Notes under the pieces: generated by a model
Told to the model about the DNA's origin: nothing
Seen by the model: only the letters and a program-made list of their open reading frames with translations
Database searches by the model: none
Assembly (NCBI GenBank): GCA_041181585.1
Contig: JBEGPG010000074.1
Location: 35,778 to 99,777, forward strand
Direction of reading: 5' to 3'
DNA length: 64,000 bases
From: Actinomycetota bacterium
Lineage (GTDB): Bacteria > Actinomycetota > Actinomycetes > Actinomycetales > Microbacteriaceae
Shown: one piece after another, positions 55,756 through 64,000 of the stretch
How the letters are laid out: every line of letters starts with the position of its first letter
How positions within the stretch are numbered: the first letter of the stretch is position 1
Made by a program: the position numbers and the translations under genes

Positions 55756-56960
55756 TAGGAACCAAGCAATCCGAAATATTTGCCGGCAGTTTCCATGTCT
55801 TTATCGCCACGACCTGAAAGATTTACGAGGATGATTGCCTGCGGTCCCAGCTTCTTGCCGAGTTTCAAAGCTCCGGCTAAAGCGTGTGCCGATTCGATCG
55901 CTGGAATAATTCCCTCGGTCTGGCTCAATAGGCGAAGTGCCTGCATGGCTTCATCATCACTAATTCCGTGATATTGTGCCCGACCAATATCTTTTAACCA
56001 GGAGTGCTCAGGGCCTACGCCCGGATAATCCAGACCGGCGCTTATTGAGTGCGACTCAATGGTTTGGCCGTCTTCGTCCTGAAGCATGTAACTACGAGCG
56101 CCGTGAAGCACTCCAGGGCGGCCATAGTTGAGCGTGGCGGCGTGGCGTTTGGTATCCATACCTTCGCCTGCAGCCTCGAAACCGTGGATTTCAACTTCGC
56201 GATCGTCCAAGAAGGCGTGGAACAAGCCAATTGCATTGGAACCACCACCAACACAGGCGGCTAACGCAGTTGGTAGCACCCCGAATTGTTCAAGCATTTG
56301 GGCGCGAGCCTCAATTCCAATTACCGAGTGAAAATCGCGAACCATTTCAGGAAAAGGATGAGGACCAGCAACGGTACCTAGTAGGTAGTGAGTGTTGTCG
56401 ACGTTGGTAACCCAGTCGCGCAGCGCTTCATTTATTGCGTCCTTTAGAGTACGGCTACCGGTTTTGACCGGAATGACCTCGGCACCGAGCAGTCTCATTC
56501 GAGCAACGTTAAGCGCCTGGCGCTGCGTGTCTACCTCACCCATGTAAACGGTGCATTCAAAACCGAAAAGTGCAGCGGCCGTAGCACTTGCAACTCCGTG
56601 TTGACCAGCCCCCGTCTCGGCAATGATGCGCTTCTTACCCATGCGTTTGGTAATCAAGGCCTGACCCAAAACGTTGTTAATCTTGTGCGAACCCGTGTGG
56701 TTTAGATCTTCTCGTTTGAGGATAATTCGAGCGCCGCCAGCATGTTCCGCAAAGCGCTTTACCTCAGTAAGGATTGAAGGACGCCCTGTGTAGCTGCGAT
56801 GCAATTCGGCTAGCTCCGCCTGAAACGCCGGATCCTTTTGAGCAAGACGGTAGGTCTGTTCAAGCTGGTCAAGTGCCGCCACCAAGCTTTCGGGAACAAA
56901 ACGGCCGCCAAACTCACCAAAATAGGGTCCCTGCTGGGAACGAAGTGAATTTTCAGGCAT
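55755..56960 (-). CDS. trpB: tryptophan synthase beta chain
   Basis: [41 protein letters not shown]; start MPENS at 56960. Confidence 0.96.
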   Translation of the reverse strand: MPENSLRSQQGPYFGEFGGRFVPESLVAALDQLEQTYRLAQKDPAFQAELAELHRSYTGRPSILTEVKRFAEHAGGARIILKREDLNHTGSHKINNVLGQALITKRMGKKRIIAETGAGQHGVASATAAALFGFECTVYMGEVDTQRQALNVARMRLLGAEVIPVKTGSRTLKDAINEALRDWVTNVDNTHYLLGTVAGPHPFPEMVRDFHSVIGIEARAQMLEQFGVLPTALAACVGGGSNAIGLFHAFLDDREVEIHGFEAAGEGMDTKRHAATLNYGRPGVLHGARSYMLQDEDGQTIESHSISAGLDYPGVGPEHSWLKDIGRAQYHGISDDEAMQALRLLSQTEGIIPAIESAHALAGALKLGKKLGPQAIILVNLSGRGDKDMETAGKYFGLLGS

Positions 56961-56964
56961 TTCT

Positions 56965-57738
56965 CTATTTAACCTCAAGAAAGCCCTGCAGGGTTGCAGT
57001 CGCATTTGAAGTGACGAGTGCCTCGCCAACCAAAACCACATCGGCACCGGCATCTCGGTAATGCTGGACATCACCAACATTGCGCACGGCCGACTCTGCG
57101 ACCTTAATTACGTCGCTAGGGAATAGATGAACGAGCTCTCCGAATAGATTCCGGTCGGTCTGGAAGGTGGAAAGATCACGCGCGTTTACGCCTACGAACT
57201 TGGCCTCGAGTTCCAACGCAACTTCAAGTTCCTTGCGATCGTGGGTTTCGATAAAAGGCGTCATTCCGAGTTGCAGCGTGAAAGACATAAGTCGCCCTAA
57301 ATCCGACTTTGTTAACCCGGCAACAATCAATAGGGCTATGTCGGCTCCAGCAGCACGAGCCTCAAGAAGCTGATATTCATTGGCGATGAACTCTTTGCGC
57401 AAAACAGGGATCGCAACTGTTTGTCGAACGGCGTCCAAGTCATCCAAAGACCCTTTGAACCTACGTTCCTCGGTCAGCACACTAATACCAGTAGCTCCAG
57501 CCTGCTCATAGGTTTTCGCCAATGCAGCTGGATCGGCGATTTCGGCAAGTTGGCCTTTAGATGGACTAGCTCGTTTTACTTCAGCCAGAACGTGAATATT
57601 CTCACGAGGCGCAAAAGCCTGTAGAACATCAAGCGCGGGAGCAACTGCATGGATTTTGGCCTCTAGTTCACCAGCTGAAACTAAAGACTGACGCCTTGCT
57701 GCATCCTCAAGGGAGCCAGCATAAAGTTCTTCAAGCAA
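56965..57738 (-). CDS. trpC: indole-3-glycerol phosphate synthase
   Basis: [32 protein letters not shown]; probable TTG start at 57738. Confidence 0.94.
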   Translation of the reverse strand: MLEELYAGSLEDAARRQSLVSAGELEAKIHAVAPALDVLQAFAPRENIHVLAEVKRASPSKGQLAEIADPAALAKTYEQAGATGISVLTEERRFKGSLDDLDAVRQTVAIPVLRKEFIANEYQLLEARAAGADIALLIVAGLTKSDLGRLMSFTLQLGMTPFIETHDRKELEVALELEAKFVGVNARDLSTFQTDRNLFGELVHLFPSDVIKVAESAVRNVGDVQHYRDAGADVVLVGEALVTSNATATLQGFLEVK

Positions 57739-57745
57739 AAAACTA

Positions 57746-57955
57746 TTACTTCTTCTTACCCAGGCCAAGAGCCGAAAGGATTGGACCAAGAATCGCTCCA
57801 ACGGCAATGGTTGCAATTGATGCCCAGGTAAGGTTCATGTCACCAATGTAGAAGAATGTGACAAGGCCGATGAAGCCTACGACGATTACCGATACTGAAG
57901 TCCAAGCTGCAATGGTGTCTCCGTGGTTCGTGTCTTCTGGGTGGTCTGCCGACAT
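57746..57955 (-). CDS. small membrane protein, HGxxxAAW (DUF6704-like) family
   Basis: NHGDTIAAWT plus two TM segments; usual position upstream of trpC. Confidence 0.75.
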   Translation of the reverse strand: MSADHPEDTNHGDTIAAWTSVSVIVVGFIGLVTFFYIGDMNLTWASIATIAVGAILGPILSALGLGKKK

Positions 57956-57998
57956 TTGGTGCCTTTCTTCTTACAAATCAATTTTAGTTAAATTGTGA

Positions 57999-58517
57999 TT
58001 ACCAACTTGGCAAGTTATCGATTCTGGTCACAAACCGAGGAGTTTTTTCGCCAGAGTTCTTCGGAAGCCAAATTAGAAGCAAAAGTGCCACAAACGCGAC
58101 AACGATCGAGATGACAAACCCATCTGCTGCGAGATGGTTGAACTCAGATGAGGCAAGCAACAGGCGCTGACCCTCCCAATCGGATACGCCTGTTTTCTTT
58201 GCGATAAGACCACTAAGAATCGTTATCGAACCGGATGCGGAATCAAACCAAATTGGGAAAAGAGTTGAAAAAAGGAGCAACGAGACGGCAGAGACTAAAA
58301 ACTGACTAAAAACCGATTTCAGATACCTGATCAACCAAAAGGTAAGGACCCAAGTGATCAAAACAAATGTGAGCTGTGGGTAACCCTCTATCGCAGTGTT
58401 GGAAACCTCTGCCTGAGACTCGGCTATGACTGCAGTCGCCCAAACTTGAGAAGAGGTAATCCAGCAGGCCACAGTGGCGACCAGGAAGGCGATATTTGCA
58501 GACTTACGAAGCATCAC
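57999..58517 (-). CDS. Trp-biosynthesis-associated membrane protein (divergent)
   Basis: Four hydrophobic segments; lies between trpE and trpC and overlaps the trpE stop. Confidence 0.6.
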   Translation of the reverse strand: MMLRKSANIAFLVATVACWITSSQVWATAVIAESQAEVSNTAIEGYPQLTFVLITWVLTFWLIRYLKSVFSQFLVSAVSLLLFSTLFPIWFDSASGSITILSGLIAKKTGVSDWEGQRLLLASSEFNHLAADGFVISIVVAFVALLLLIWLPKNSGEKTPRFVTRIDNLPSW

Positions 58518-60031
58518 AAACTCTCAGCTTTGTTAGCCGCGGCTATGGCACGGAGCACCGCTCGTGCCTTACTTCTGGTTTCTTCGTATTCTGAAACCGG
58601 ATCAGAATCCAAGACTATGCCAGCACCAGCTTGAACTAGAGCTCTGCCGTCGCGAACGAAGGCAGTACGAATGGCAATTGCTAAATCTGAATTGCCGGCA
58701 AAGTCGAAATAGCCACATACTCCCCCATAAAGCCCTCGGTCGGTTGGTTCAAGTTGAGTAATAATCTCAAGCGCCCGGGGCTTTGGCGCACCCGACAAAG
58801 TACCAGCTGGAAATGTTGCACGGAAAACATCGATTGGTGTTTGACCCTCGCGGAGTTTTCCCTCGACTGTAGAAACCAAGTGCATGATATGACTGAATCG
58901 GTGCACCTGCATGAACTCGGTGACAGCTACGGAATCCGGCTCGCAAACCCGGAGTAAATCGTTTCGAGCTAGATCCACAAGCATTAGATGCTCGGCAATT
59001 TCCTTGCGGTCGCCCTGTAAGTCGGATTCGTGACGTTGGTCGCTCTCCCAGTCTTTGCCACGTGGACGGGACCCCGCAATTGGGTGAGTAACAACATCAG
59101 CTCCGGTCACCGTAACAAGCGATTCTGGTGATGAACCAACGATTGCGAACTTACCTAGAGAATCTGCCCCGTTTAGTAGATACATATATGGGCTAGGGTT
59201 CAACGCTCTCAGTAGACGATATAGGGTGAGCGGTTCGGCATTAAGTTCAGTTGCGAAGTTCTGCGATAGCACCACCTGGAAGACATCGCCCTGACGAACG
59301 TGCTCCTTTGCGATTTCTACCGCGTTAAGAAATGCTTCTTTGGTCTGATTCGACTCGACGGATGGTTCGATTTCAAAATCCACAGAAGCGATAAACGGAG
59401 CATGCGGCTGTGCAAGCTTATTCTTCAGCGCTTCAATGCGTGATTGCGCGGCTTTCTTCTCCGCAAGAAGTTCACTATCTGATTGACCTTCAACGAAAAC
59501 ATTGGCAACAAAAAGAATCGTTGCAGAGTGATGATCCACAACGACAAGGTCCTGAATCATCGAAAGGCTGACGGTGGGGAAATCGAGAATCGGAGCCTTG
59601 GCATCAGGTAGTCGCTCAATTTCGCGGATAACATTCCACCCAAGAGATCCAACGAGCCCAGAAGCTAGAGGGATCTCGAGATCTAGGGAGTGCGATGACC
59701 AGGCGGCTTGGATTGCTTCTACTGCATCCAAGGCTGTGAGGGGTAGTTCAATGTTCAAGTCGCTAGGAAAAGCATTGGCCCCCGAAGCACTGACCCAAGT
59801 AACCGGTTGACCAGCTTCTTGTACTAGGCGACCTCGTGAGTTGACACCAATGAAGCTGAAACGCGACCAGACACCTTGAGCAGCAGACTCCAATAGAAAC
59901 GAACCTTCGTTCCCTTGAGCCAATTTCTCAAAAATACTTAGTGGACTCTCGGAATCTGCGAAAACGCTGTCGACAACCGCAACCACGCGATTGGCCTTGA
60001 CCTTGCTTAGGAACTCGGCATCACTCAACAC
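58514..60031 (-). CDS. trpE: anthranilate synthase component I
   Basis: LLESA, NPSPYM, GSSPE, AEHLMLVDLARND, FPAGTLSGAPK, QAGAGIV.DS. Confidence 0.95.
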   Translation of the reverse strand: MLSDAEFLSKVKANRVVAVVDSVFADSESPLSIFEKLAQGNEGSFLLESAAQGVWSRFSFIGVNSRGRLVQEAGQPVTWVSASGANAFPSDLNIELPLTALDAVEAIQAAWSSHSLDLEIPLASGLVGSLGWNVIREIERLPDAKAPILDFPTVSLSMIQDLVVVDHHSATILFVANVFVEGQSDSELLAEKKAAQSRIEALKNKLAQPHAPFIASVDFEIEPSVESNQTKEAFLNAVEIAKEHVRQGDVFQVVLSQNFATELNAEPLTLYRLLRALNPSPYMYLLNGADSLGKFAIVGSSPESLVTVTGADVVTHPIAGSRPRGKDWESDQRHESDLQGDRKEIAEHLMLVDLARNDLLRVCEPDSVAVTEFMQVHRFSHIMHLVSTVEGKLREGQTPIDVFRATFPAGTLSGAPKPRALEIITQLEPTDRGLYGGVCGYFDFAGNSDLAIAIRTAFVRDGRALVQAGAGIVLDSDPVSEYEETRSKARAVLRAIAAANKAESL

Positions 60032-60368
60032 TTGCAGCCCCTAACGCGCCGGAATCGAAGCAAGATTCCTCGCCGGTGTGGCAGGCAGGGCCTTTCGAAA
60101 CTACCGAAATTAGCAAGACGTCTTTGTCGCAGTCGACCTCGATTCGTTCGATGGATTGGGTGTTTCCACTGGTAGCTCCCTTGTGCCACAATTCCTCACG
60201 TGAGCGAGAGTAGAAAACGGTTTCCCCAAGCCGAAGCGATTCACTAATTGATTTTCGATTCATCCACGCGAACATGATGACGCGCTTTGATCGCGCGTCC
60301 TGGACAATGGCTGGAATTAGTCCCGAGACATCGAATTTGAGATCATCAATAAGGAAATTCACGGTCAT
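60021..60368 (-). CDS. hisI: phosphoribosyl-AMP cyclohydrolase
   Basis: [30 protein letters not shown]. Confidence 0.95.
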   Translation of the reverse strand: MTVNFLIDDLKFDVSGLIPAIVQDARSKRVIMFAWMNRKSISESLRLGETVFYSRSREELWHKGATSGNTQSIERIEVDCDKDVLLISVVSKGPACHTGEESCFDSGALGAASVE

Positions 60369-61126
60369 CGGACTTGGAACCCATTCGCTGAAAGATTTAC
60401 CTTGGCATCTCCAATAGTAACTTCTCGGTTGTGGAAGATGGAGGCAGCCAAAATTGCATCAGCACCAGCTTTTGCGGCTGGTGCGAAATCGCTAGCCTTA
60501 CCTGCCCCACCAGATGCAATCAACGGAAGCTTGGTCACTGCTCTTATGGCAGAAATTAGGGGCAAGTCAAAACCGGCCTTAGTTCCGTCGGCGTCGATGC
60601 TGTTGACCAGCAATTCACCAACACCGAGCTCTTCACATCGGGATATCCATTCGAGAGCGTCAATAGAAGTCTCAATGCGACCACCATGTGTCGTTACTAC
60701 CCAAGCTTCCTTTGCATTCGGTCGCGCCTTGAGGTCGAGCGAGAGCACCAGAACTTGATTCCCGTATTTAGAGGAGATTTTGGAAAGCAATGACGGGTTT
60801 GCGATTGCAGCCGACGAAATGGAAACCTTGTCTGCGCCGGCACCAAGCAATTTACCAACACCACATACATCGCGCACGCCGCCCCCGACAGTGAGCGGAA
60901 TGAAGACTTTTTCGGCAGTCTTGGTCACAAGGTCATACATCGTGTCCCGGTTGTCGACGGTTGCTTGGACGTCTAAAAACGTGAGCTCATCAGCTCCACC
61001 CTGATAGTAGTAGTCAGCAAGTTCTACCGGATCACCTGCATCACGAAGATTCTCGAAATTGACGCCTTTGACAACGCGGCCATTAGCCACGTCAAGACAA
61101 GGTATGACTCGAACGGTGAGTGACAT
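60365..61126 (-). CDS. hisF: imidazole glycerol phosphate synthase cyclase subunit
   Basis: [43 protein letters not shown]. Confidence 0.95.
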   Translation of the reverse strand: MSLTVRVIPCLDVANGRVVKGVNFENLRDAGDPVELADYYYQGGADELTFLDVQATVDNRDTMYDLVTKTAEKVFIPLTVGGGVRDVCGVGKLLGAGADKVSISSAAIANPSLLSKISSKYGNQVLVLSLDLKARPNAKEAWVVTTHGGRIETSIDALEWISRCEELGVGELLVNSIDADGTKAGFDLPLISAIRAVTKLPLIASGGAGKASDFAPAAKAGADAILAASIFHNREVTIGDAKVNLSANGFQVR

Positions 61127-61965
61127 TAGATGCGCGCCGCGTGAATGGCGCTAACCAAAATTGCGCGCGCACCAAGCTCATATAAGGCATCCATGGTGGC
61201 ATTGGTTTCCGATGCCTTCACCAAAGCGCGAACCGCAACCCAGTCCTTGTCGCGCAGCGGCGACACCGTTGGGGATTCAATACCTGGCGTGATTGCAGAT
61301 GCCGCCTCGACTAATTCTGCGGGGCAGTCGTAATCAAAGATGACGTATTCACGCGCTACTACTACTCCACGCAGTCTTCTAAGCAAGGTTGTGGCCAAGG
61401 CTTGCTTACCAGGTGCGCTAATTAGATGTGCCGTGGAGTGAAGTAGAACAGGGCCAAAAATCTCTAGACCCGCCTGACGAAGAGTATTTCCCGTGGATAC
61501 AACATCGGCAACTGCATCGGCAACACCTAATCGCACGGCGCTTTCAACGGCACCATCCAATTGCACGAGTTGTACACTGACACCTTGTTTCGCCAGGTAG
61601 TCCTCTACAAGGTTTACGTATGCGGTGGCAACTCGTTTACCTTCAAGATCGGACAATGCTTTGAATTGGCCAACCGGACCCGCGAAACGGAAAGTCGACT
61701 CTCCAAATCGAAGGTCCTCAACCGTCTCCGCAGGAGAACGGGAGTCGAGTAACAGGTCTAGCCCAGTTAGCCCTAGATCTAGTGAGCCAGAACCTACGTA
61801 GGTTGCAATGTCTCGAGGGCGTAGATAGAAAAACTCGATGTTGTTGTCACCATCGATTACGTGAAGTTCCTTGGTGTCACGACGGGTGGCGTAGCCGGCC
61901 TCTTTGAGCATGAGCACGGCAGTTTCGGACAAAATACCCTTGTTAGGGATTGCAACTCTTAGCAT
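61126..61965 (-). CDS. hisG: ATP phosphoribosyltransferase (long form)
   Basis: [36 protein letters not shown]. Confidence 0.96.
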   Translation of the reverse strand: MLRVAIPNKGILSETAVLMLKEAGYATRRDTKELHVIDGDNNIEFFYLRPRDIATYVGSGSLDLGLTGLDLLLDSRSPAETVEDLRFGESTFRFAGPVGQFKALSDLEGKRVATAYVNLVEDYLAKQGVSVQLVQLDGAVESAVRLGVADAVADVVSTGNTLRQAGLEIFGPVLLHSTAHLISAPGKQALATTLLRRLRGVVVAREYVIFDYDCPAELVEAASAITPGIESPTVSPLRDKDWVAVRALVKASETNATMDALYELGARAILVSAIHAARI

Positions 61966-61967
61966 TA

Positions 61968-62231
61968 CTAAAACTTCTTTTCCAGATCTTCCAACGAAAT
62001 TCCTTTGGCAATCATCATTACCTGAAGGTGGTAGATGAGCTGACTCATCTCTGCTGCCAATTCGTCTTTGGATTGGAATTCAGCTGCCATCCAGACCTCT
62101 GCGGCCTCTTCGACAATCTTTTTGCCGATGGTGTGCACTCCGGCATCTAGCCACTTCACGGTATGTGATCCCTCAGGACGTTCAATTGCCTTATTTGATA
62201 GGTCGTTGAAAAGGGATTCGAAAGTGGTCAT
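61968..62231 (-). CDS. hisE: phosphoribosyl-ATP pyrophosphatase
   Basis: [28 protein letters not shown]. Confidence 0.95.
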   Translation of the reverse strand: MTTFESLFNDLSNKAIERPEGSHTVKWLDAGVHTIGKKIVEEAAEVWMAAEFQSKDELAAEMSQLIYHLQVMMIAKGISLEDLEKKF

Positions 62232-62259
62232 ACAAAAGTTTAACCCACTGAAATAAAAA

Positions 62260-62928
62260 CTAGTTCAAAAGGGAATGCTGAGACGCGATGTCACGCAACA
62301 AAGCAATTTCTGCAGGGCGATCGCTGCTACCGAAAACCGCGCTTCCCGCGACAAAACAATCGGCACCAGCAGCGCTTGCCGAGGCAATTGTGTGTCGATC
62401 GATTCCGCCGTCTACTTGGATGCTCAAATCCAAACCAAGGCGAGCAACCTCAGCTCGAGCCGCTTCAATTTTGGGAACCATGTTCTCTAGGTATTTTTGG
62501 CCGCCGAAACCAGGTTCAACGGTCATGACCAAAAGCATATCGAACTCGTTGAGGCTATCTATGACCACAGAAATGTCGGTGCCGGGCTTGATGGCAATCG
62601 CCGCTCTAGCTCCAGCGGCTCTAATCGCCCTCGCCGTGGAAACTGGCTTTGTGCTTGCTTCCCAATGAAATGTGACACTGCTGGCGCCGGTATCGGCATA
62701 CTTCACGGCTTCGAGATCAACGTTTTCAATCATCAGGTGAATGTCGGTATCAAATTTGGCTACTTCTACCAAGCGCTTAACTACTGGTAGGCCAAAAGTG
62801 AGATTAGGAACAAAGTGCCCATCCATGACATCGATGTGTAACGCGTCAGCGCCATCAAGTGTCTGAAATTCCGCTTCAAAATTAGCGAAATCCGCAGAGA
62901 GGATGCTCGGATGGATACGAATAGACAT
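62260..62928 (-). CDS. rpe: ribulose-phosphate 3-epimerase
   Basis: [43 protein letters not shown]. Confidence 0.96.
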   Translation of the reverse strand: MSIRIHPSILSADFANFEAEFQTLDGADALHIDVMDGHFVPNLTFGLPVVKRLVEVAKFDTDIHLMIENVDLEAVKYADTGASSVTFHWEASTKPVSTARAIRAAGARAAIAIKPGTDISVVIDSLNEFDMLLVMTVEPGFGGQKYLENMVPKIEAARAEVARLGLDLSIQVDGGIDRHTIASASAAGADCFVAGSAVFGSSDRPAEIALLRDIASQHSLLN

Positions 62929-62943
62929 GTCTATAGCCTAGAA

Positions 62944-64000
62944 CTACTGTTTCTCAACCAGAGCTATGAACATGGCATCGGTACCGTTTCGATGCGGCCA
63001 GAGTTGTGCGGTTTTTCGATTTTTCTTGATGTTAAGTTTTGGATTGATGGCAAGCAATGAAGCCGTTGCATCAGAAAGTTTTGCGTCGGGGTTACTTCGC
63101 AGGAACCACTCAATTTGTGAAGTGGTCTCGGTTGGGTGCGGAGAACAGGTGACGTATGCGAGTGTTCCACCTGGCTTCAAGTTCTCCCAAGCTGCCTCCA
63201 TGAGTTCTCTTTGAAGCACGGAAAGTTCCTTGAGCCCTTCGGCGCTCTTTCGCCAACGCGACTCTGGACGACGCCTTAGTGCTCCAAGGCCAGTACAAGG
63301 AGCATCCAACATGATCCGATCGAAACCCTTCTTGTCGCGAAGTTTTCGACCATCGCCGGTTAGCTGCTCTACCTTGAATCCTGAGTGGCGAATAGCTGTT
63401 TCTACGAGTTTTGCGCGATGTTCCGAAACCTCATTGGTGGTCAACGTGGCTCCAGCGATTGCGGCCTCGGCAGCCAATAGCGCAGCCTTGCCCCCAGGAC
63501 CTGCACATAGATCTAGCCAACGCTCCCCTGGTCTTACTGGTTTGTTGCGACTTAGCGTCAAGGCGGCTAACTGCGAACCTTGATCCTGAACACGCATGGT
63601 GCCGGTAGACACGCCGGGAACCTTAGCCGGATCTCCCGAGTTCAGTACAAATCCGATGGGCGAAGCCTCTCCCCTTGTCAAAGCATTGTTATCCACGGCA
63701 TTCTTGCCAGGTAAAGCAACAAGATGAACTTTTGGACTCCCGTTATCGGCGACCAGTGCATCCGCAAGTTCATCACCTGCTCCTTCTGAGGAAAGAGCAA
63801 GTTTGATCGATCTGGTAACCCACAAAGGATGAGACTCCTTTATAGAAAGTTTTTGTTCTTCACTCAGGTTCTCACGATCGAGTCGCGCCTGCCATTGTGA
63901 AAGGCTCTTCTCGCTGATCCGGCGCATCGCCGCATTTACGAACCCCGATACACTCGCCTTGCAAACACGTTTTGATAACTCAACGGTTTCGTAGATTGCG
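62944..64000 (-). CDS. rsmB: RsmB/Fmu 16S rRNA m5C methyltransferase (3' part; starts beyond the right edge)
   Basis: VQDQGSQ, DLCAGPGGK, DAPCTGLG..RRRPE, YVTCS; the frame stays open to the window edge (AIYETVELSK...GFVNAAMRRI). Confidence 0.92.
   Translation of the reverse strand, partial: AIYETVELSKRVCKASVSGFVNAAMRRISEKSLSQWQARLDRENLSEEQKLSIKESHPLWVTRSIKLALSSEGAGDELADALVADNGSPKVHLVALPGKNAVDNNALTRGEASPIGFVLNSGDPAKVPGVSTGTMRVQDQGSQLAALTLSRNKPVRPGERWLDLCAGPGGKAALLAAEAAIAGATLTTNEVSEHRAKLVETAIRHSGFKVEQLTGDGRKLRDKKGFDRIMLDAPCTGLGALRRRPESRWRKSAEGLKELSVLQRELMEAAWENLKPGGTLAYVTCSPHPTETTSQIEWFLRSNPDAKLSDATASLLAINPKLNIKKNRKTAQLWPHRNGTDAMFIALVEKQ

Noticed and set aside
57956-62260. his/trp attenuator leader peptides
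   Set aside because: No His- or Trp-rich short ORF or attenuator hairpins are visible; hisE appears leaderless and trpE overlaps hisI.
63608-63616. Second GACACGCCG motif
   Set aside because: It lies inside the rsmB coding sequence, far from any gene start, so it is probably chance.

Overview
This 64 kb window is dense core chromosome of a streamlined, moderate-GC (roughly 50%, estimated by eye) actinobacterium. Gene order and protein sequences fit Microbacteriaceae of the Rhodoluna/Aquiluna 'Luna' type; the taxonomy is inference. Left to right it holds: partial metH with divergent metF, a DnaQ-like exonuclease, rpmE2, an ABC ATPase, glgA/glgC-serB, fabI/fabG, DUF3099-small Cys/His protein-SURF1, ABC-F with a suf operon, ctaA-photolyase-ctaB, tkt-tal-pgi-zwf-opcA-pgl, secG-tpiA-pgk-gap-sodA-whiA-rapZ-uvrCAB-coaE, rpsA, polA, a hotdog thioesterase, an ANTAR response regulator, tRNA-Leu(CAA), pyk, gltDB, lgt, the trp and his genes, rpe and partial rsmB. 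I see no mobile elements, CRISPR arrays, prophage, defence islands or clear pseudogenes, and I cannot support a new multi-gene system. The most interesting signals are non-coding: mirror-image leaderless promoters, a WhiA-type GACAC box before rapZ-whiA, and structured leaders before gltB, gap, rpsA and sufB. Gene-order oddities include a photolyase coupled to heme A synthase, and no rbpA-family gene or yvcK at their usual positions.
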